Shown here in pieces: positions 56,578 through 64,000 of a DNA stretch of 64,000 nucleotides (positions are counted from its first letter, which is position 1; each line of letters opens with the position of its first letter). The stretch is taken from assembly GCF_009914755.1 (NCBI RefSeq), contig NC_060925.1; one strand, written 5' to 3'. This DNA is from the human T2T-CHM13v2.0 reference genome, Homo sapiens. Under the pieces are notes generated by a model, which was given only the letters and a program-made list of their open reading frames with translations, had not been told where the DNA came from and made no database searches. The position numbers were made by a program, and so were the translations under genes.

Positions 56578-56696
56578 GGCTGGCCATGGTGGCTCATGCC
56601 AGTAATCTCAGCACTTTGGAAGGCTTAAGCAGGAGAATCACTTGAGGCCTTGAGTTTGAGACCAGCCTGGGCAACATAGCAAGACCTTGTCTCTAC

Positions 56697-56742
<46 letters not shown>
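56578..56742 (+). mobile_element. FLAM monomer with A45 tail
   Basis: Single monomer followed by a pure A-run at 56698-56742. Confidence 0.88.
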
Positions 56743-56744
<2 letters not shown>

Positions 56745-57084
56745 AAAGCCCAAAGCTTTCTCTAGAAGACAAAAGACAGGGAGACAAGAAAGCTGTCTTC
56801 CGAGGCCTGAGGGCTGTCACAAAGCAGACAGATTCATGTTATCTCTGTGGCCACGAGAGGTAAAGGCAGCACAGGGAGACCTCAGAGCATTTCAGCCCTA
56901 GAAGGAAGCCGCACAGAAGTGAGTCTGTAGGTGTTAGAAGGCAGCTGTGCTACACTAACTTTCAGATCCCTCCAACCTACCATCCTTGAGGTTCTTACGA
57001 ATGTTGAAGTAATCTCGATTCTCGGAACTACCATCCCTCCTCCTCACCACCCCCCACACCCTAGAACCCTTTCTTGCTATAAAA

Positions 57085-58933
<1,849 letters not shown>

Positions 58934-59366
58934 AGTGAAGTGTGGGAGGGATTGCTCGGTACTCAGCATCAAGGATGAAAGCTGACTGCAGCCATTGTCC
59001 CAGTTGAGTTCAGTGGACTTTTCAGTGCAGCCCCGGGATGAAAAGTTCTTCCAGGCTCCTGTACTGTGCATGCTCTTAAGGACAGAAAGCGTTTTCTTTG
59101 CATCTAGACCCACTTACCCCCTGCCCCTCTGCTCAGTGCTTGTAGCTCTCTCTACACTGTTATTTCATCTTTTCATCCCTGCTAAATCTTTGCCCTGAAA
59201 AATGCAGCTCCCTTGATCTGAACAAATGCTGTGCCCCACTCTGGCCCTGAGTCCCCCATTAGAGCATCTGGAGGAGATACCGAACCACTTTCCATGTTTT
59301 CTTTCTTCCTTCATACTAAACACACTTTCCTCTTGTATGTGCCTTGCTGTGCAAAGTGCAGTTCAT

Positions 59367-59477
59367 TGTTAAAGACAGATATAGAAACAAATACTTACAA
59401 TATTGTTAAAAACAAATACAGAAACAAATAGTTACAATACTGTTAAAGACAGATACAGAAGCACATAGTTACAATAC
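59367..59477. repeat. 37-bp minisatellite x3
   Basis: Units of tgttaaagacagatacagaaacaaatagttacaatac at 59367, 59404 and 59441. Confidence 0.92.
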
Positions 59478-59599
59478 AATGTAGCAAGTTTTGTAATGGG
59501 GAACAGATTTACAATGAAGGTTGTGATTTCTTATTAAGATGGACTCCAGACACTCTCAAAGGAGCTATTTTTAGAAAAATTGTGTTGTGAATTACATAT

Positions 59600-60190
59600 G
59601 CAATTAATAATAATAGCTAACATTTCTTGATCACAATTCTAGTTGCCTTGTGTGACTTAATCCATGTAAATCTCAGAGTAAGCCTAAGTGGTACATACTG
59701 TTATCATCCCTATTTTTGAGTTGAGGAAATTTAGGCTCAGAGAGATTAAGCACACAGCTAGAGAGTGCTTGAGCCAGAATTTGAAGCTGGATTGCTTGTC
59801 TTATCTCCAGAGCCTCCCTCATAAGCACTATGTTCCCTCCAATAATGGCCAGAAAGCAATATAATGAAGTTTCTGTTCTTGCCAGAAAGTTTGCCAACAT
59901 TTTTTCAAACTTTTCAAACATATAAAACAATATAGGTGTGCTAAGTGTAATGTCGAGTCCTGGATTGGATCCTGAAATGGAAAAAGGGCGTTTGTGAAAA
60001 AACTGGTGACATCTGAATAAAATCTAACGTTTAGTTGTACCAGTGTTAATTTCTGAGTTATGTTCATTTCTGTACCATGGTTATGTAAGATGTCAACACT
60101 GGGGGGAATGGGACGAAGGGGTATATGGGAACTCTTTGGACTACATTTGCAATTTTTCCATAAATTATCCCAAAATAAGACTTGCATTTA
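59600..60190. mobile_element. MIR (reverse) followed by L1M 3' fragment
   Basis: gaggaaatttaggctcagagag, then tcctggattggatcctg...ttttccataaattat. Confidence 0.7.
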
Positions 60191-62603
60191 AAATGACAAC
60201 ATTATGGATATGAGACTTCATTGATATGTTTCTCCCATGGCCTCTTCCTAGAGATCATCCTTATCCAGAATGTGGTGTTTATCATTCAAAGGGCCTAACA
60301 CAACTATTACTATACTAAATGTCAGTCATGAGCAATGCAGAGGATTTCTCAAGGCGTTTGGGTTTCAGTGAGGGATCAGGATTATGGGTCTTCCGAGAGA
60401 CCCTGCTCCTCTTTCAGACAGGGGCACTGCCATAAGTCCCTCTCCCAATCAACCCAGTTTCACTCTCACCAACTACCCAGCCCAGACTTAGGCCCACTGT
60501 TGACCCCACAAAGGAGGCCACACCCTCCCTGCAGCTCCTGTCGCTCAGCCTTCCCTAAGCTGTGCACCACCCTCTCACCCACACGAAGGCAGCTGGCCCT
60601 GAAGTTCTCTGAGCTTGAGGACAAAAAAAGACCTCTGTGAGTTGTCAGGCTCTGTTACAGTCTGGGTCAGCAGACAAGAGTCCCAGGGCTCGGCCGTCTT
60701 CTCTAGGAGAGAAAATATTCGTGCCATATAGCGTGTTCTAAGAGTTCTCACCAGAAGCCCAGAAAGTTCTGTATTTACTCAGCATTCAAGGTGTGTACCC
60801 AGACCACAACGCTACCCTAGGGGGCCCAGCTCTAGGACAGGGGATGGCCCAGAGCTCTGAAATTTGAGGTATTTTCTAGTGTCTAACAGTCATTAGAAGG
60901 GCAACAGCTCTGAGACCTTATTCAACTATTTATTGAAATATTTGTTTTTCCCCATTGTCTATTTATAAAGGTAACTGGGAGGACAGAGGTTCATAGAGGC
61001 TCTCAAAGAAGAAGCCTAGAAAACCCACCAGGGAGGGTGGGGAGGGAAGCCCTGGGACCTGATCAGGGCTGTGCAAGCCCGACCTGACCCATGACCTGAG
61101 GCTGACCCACAACCTGAGGACAAGGGAAGAGAAGACACTAGGGCCTGGCCAAGGTCTCTGGGAAAATAAATAGGCCTATCTGTTGTCCTTTGACCTGCAC
61201 ATACTGTTCTTTTGCAGGGAAAACAGACCCTGTATTTTTGGGATTCCTGAAAGGTGACCAGGTGAGAGCAAAGCCCAACTTCCTGGGGAAAAGCTCTCAG
61301 CGCAGTGAATGCTACATTCGGAGGTAGGAAGGCTCTGGATGTGAGTCTTCATGTTTGTTTTTTGTTTTTTGTTTTTTTTTCTCTAAAATTACCAAAAAAG
61401 AGGAATATCCACAGAAGCAGAAGTAGGAATGGGGAAGGAGGGGACAAGTTTAGACCAAGCTCTTCTGTGACCTCACTTCTGCTTTTGAAGTCCCACAGCT
61501 CTATAAGGTAAGGTTACTTGTGTTATTAGCGCTTAAGTCAATATTGGAGGTGATAAGTTCTTGTTTTCTCAGCTAATTTACCTAATTTCTTCCGAAATTC
61601 CTATGAAGTATACTGGATTGTGAAATTAGTTCCTGCAGAGACACCTGAATCATGTCTCAAAGAAGGATCATTATCTTAGGGTACAATATCATGATTTTAT
61701 AACATAAAACTAAGTCATGCAGCCCTACTGTCTTGGGAAAAAAAAAAAACATTTCACAGTTTTAATAACAATTAGGATTATCATTGTTTATGTTCCCAAG
61801 TAGAAACAAAGTTTCTCATTTTACGTAGTTTTGTGCGCTCCAAAGAGTCACGGACTGGGAGGCTGAAGACCTGAATTTTGCTCCAGTTCCGCCGTAACCA
61901 TCTATTTGATAGTGGGCCTCAATTTCCTCATCTGTGAATGAGAAGTGACACTCCTTTATTGCTAAGAGGCTGCAATCATTGATATTCATTAAGCTGGAGA
62001 GGAAAGTGGGCATATGCAAATGTAAAATCCACATGATATGTAAGCATATACTACATAGGCAATGTAATCATGAAGGCATTATGATTAATAGTATTAAATG
62101 AGAAATGTTGATATCATAGCATTAGCAGAAGAAATTCTCTCTGGAGATAATTAATATTGAAGCTGGATGAATATTTATGGGATATTTGCCTTCCCAATTT
62201 TTCGCAATGATTTTCAGGAAAGAAGTTTAGACAACTTTCCCTGGTAACTTTGTCTCAATGTCTAAATGGCCTAATGGTGAGCGAAACATTCCTTTCATTT
62301 AAGCCACTGCTACCTTTGCTCTTAATTCAATGGGGTGGGGCAGAAAGGGCATGGATTTAGATAAGAGGCAGTCCTGGCTTGGCCACCTACTAGCTTTGTG
62401 CAAGGCAAATTACCCTTTCAATCCCAGGCCCCTTTTCTATTAAATGAGGATAATAATAATGCCTAGAGCTAGTTTAGATGAAAAATGCTTCATCAGGTGA
62501 CAAAATGCTTATGATTATCACAGATTCTGCAGTGTTGTATTTATAAAAGACAAGGTGTGACCATTCTAAGATTTTAATCAATTGATTAACTTAATCCAAT
62601 TAA

Positions 62604-62975
<372 letters not shown>

Positions 62976-63029
62976 TAATCGTTTTTTAAAAATTATATTT
63001 ATATATACATATACATGTAGATATACACA

Positions 63030-63069
<40 letters not shown>

Positions 63070-63077
63070 TTTTTAAC

Positions 63078-63370
<293 letters not shown>

Positions 63371-63372
63371 TA

Positions 63373-63925
63373 TATTTTAACTTTTATTCTAGGTTCAGGG
63401 GCTCAGGTGCAGATTTGCTATATAGGTAAATTGCGAGCCACGGAGGTTTGGTATACAGATTATTTCGTCACTCAGGTAATAAACATCGTACTAAATAGGT
63501 ACTTTTTTTATCTTCACACCTCTCCCATCTTCCACCCTCAAGTAGGCCCCGTGTTTGTTGCTCCCTTCTTTGTGTCCATGTGCACTCAATGTACATAAAC
63601 ATAATCTGGAGTGAAAGAAGCCAGACATAGCAAAGTAGGTTCGGTCTGATTTTATGAAGAGAGCTTCTAAGAGTCTGGTCATGTTCTATTTCTTGATCAA
63701 TGTGTTGTTCATGATTGTGTTCAGTTTGTAATCATTCATCAGATTGTGAACATAAGATGTGTGCTATTTTCTATGTATGTATGTTATACTTCAATAAAAA
63801 GTTAACATTTTTGTGTTTGAGATGATGGATATGCTGATACTGTGATCTGATCATTATATATTATAAATATCAAAACATCACTATATACCTCATGACTATG
63901 TACAATTATTATTTATTAATTTAAA
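63373..63925. mobile_element. L1 3'-end fragments (L1PA15/16-like reverse, then L1M forward)
   Basis: Reverse ggttcagggg...cagatttgctatataggtaaattg; forward tatgttatacttcaataaaaag. Confidence 0.7.
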
Positions 63926-64000
63926 AATGTGAACTTCTTTTGATTTAGAAACATTAGACACAACAGATTTTTAAAAAACAGCAACAGGCCAGGTGCGGTG

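Noticed and set aside
59367-59477. 37-bp repeats as a CRISPR-like array
   Set aside because: Units are contiguous with no unique spacers, there are no cas genes, and the context is primate.

Overview
Repeat-rich human (or great-ape) genomic DNA containing the 5' end of LYST (lysosomal trafficking regulator, Chediak-Higashi gene) on the minus strand. I recognised it from the 5'UTR: exon 1 in the CpG island (donor at 35451/35450) splices over a ~33 kb intron to a 90-nt exon 2 (2196-2285). A probable distal alternative first exon has its donor at 51790/51789. The LYST start codon lies in exon 3, beyond the left edge, so the window has no intact CDS. The listed ORFs are L1 remnants, Alu read-through or chance ORFs. 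Intron 1 holds the MIR1537 hairpin, a full-length but degenerate L1PB-type LINE with a 21-bp TSD, and a tailless U5 snRNA retrocopy inside an Alu. The window also has about 30 Alus/monomers (one Ya5-lineage), five ERV1 solo LTRs, L2/MIR/L3 relics and DNA-transposon fossils. I found no convincing undescribed biological system. The best leads are regulatory or mechanistic: three uAUGs in exon 2, a nuclear-receptor DR1/DR5 cluster near 61.1 kb, a young Alu next to the distal promoter, tightly spaced inverted Alus, and the U5 insertion junction. Repeat subfamily names come from recalled consensus sequences and were not checked by alignment. Old-repeat boundaries are approximate.
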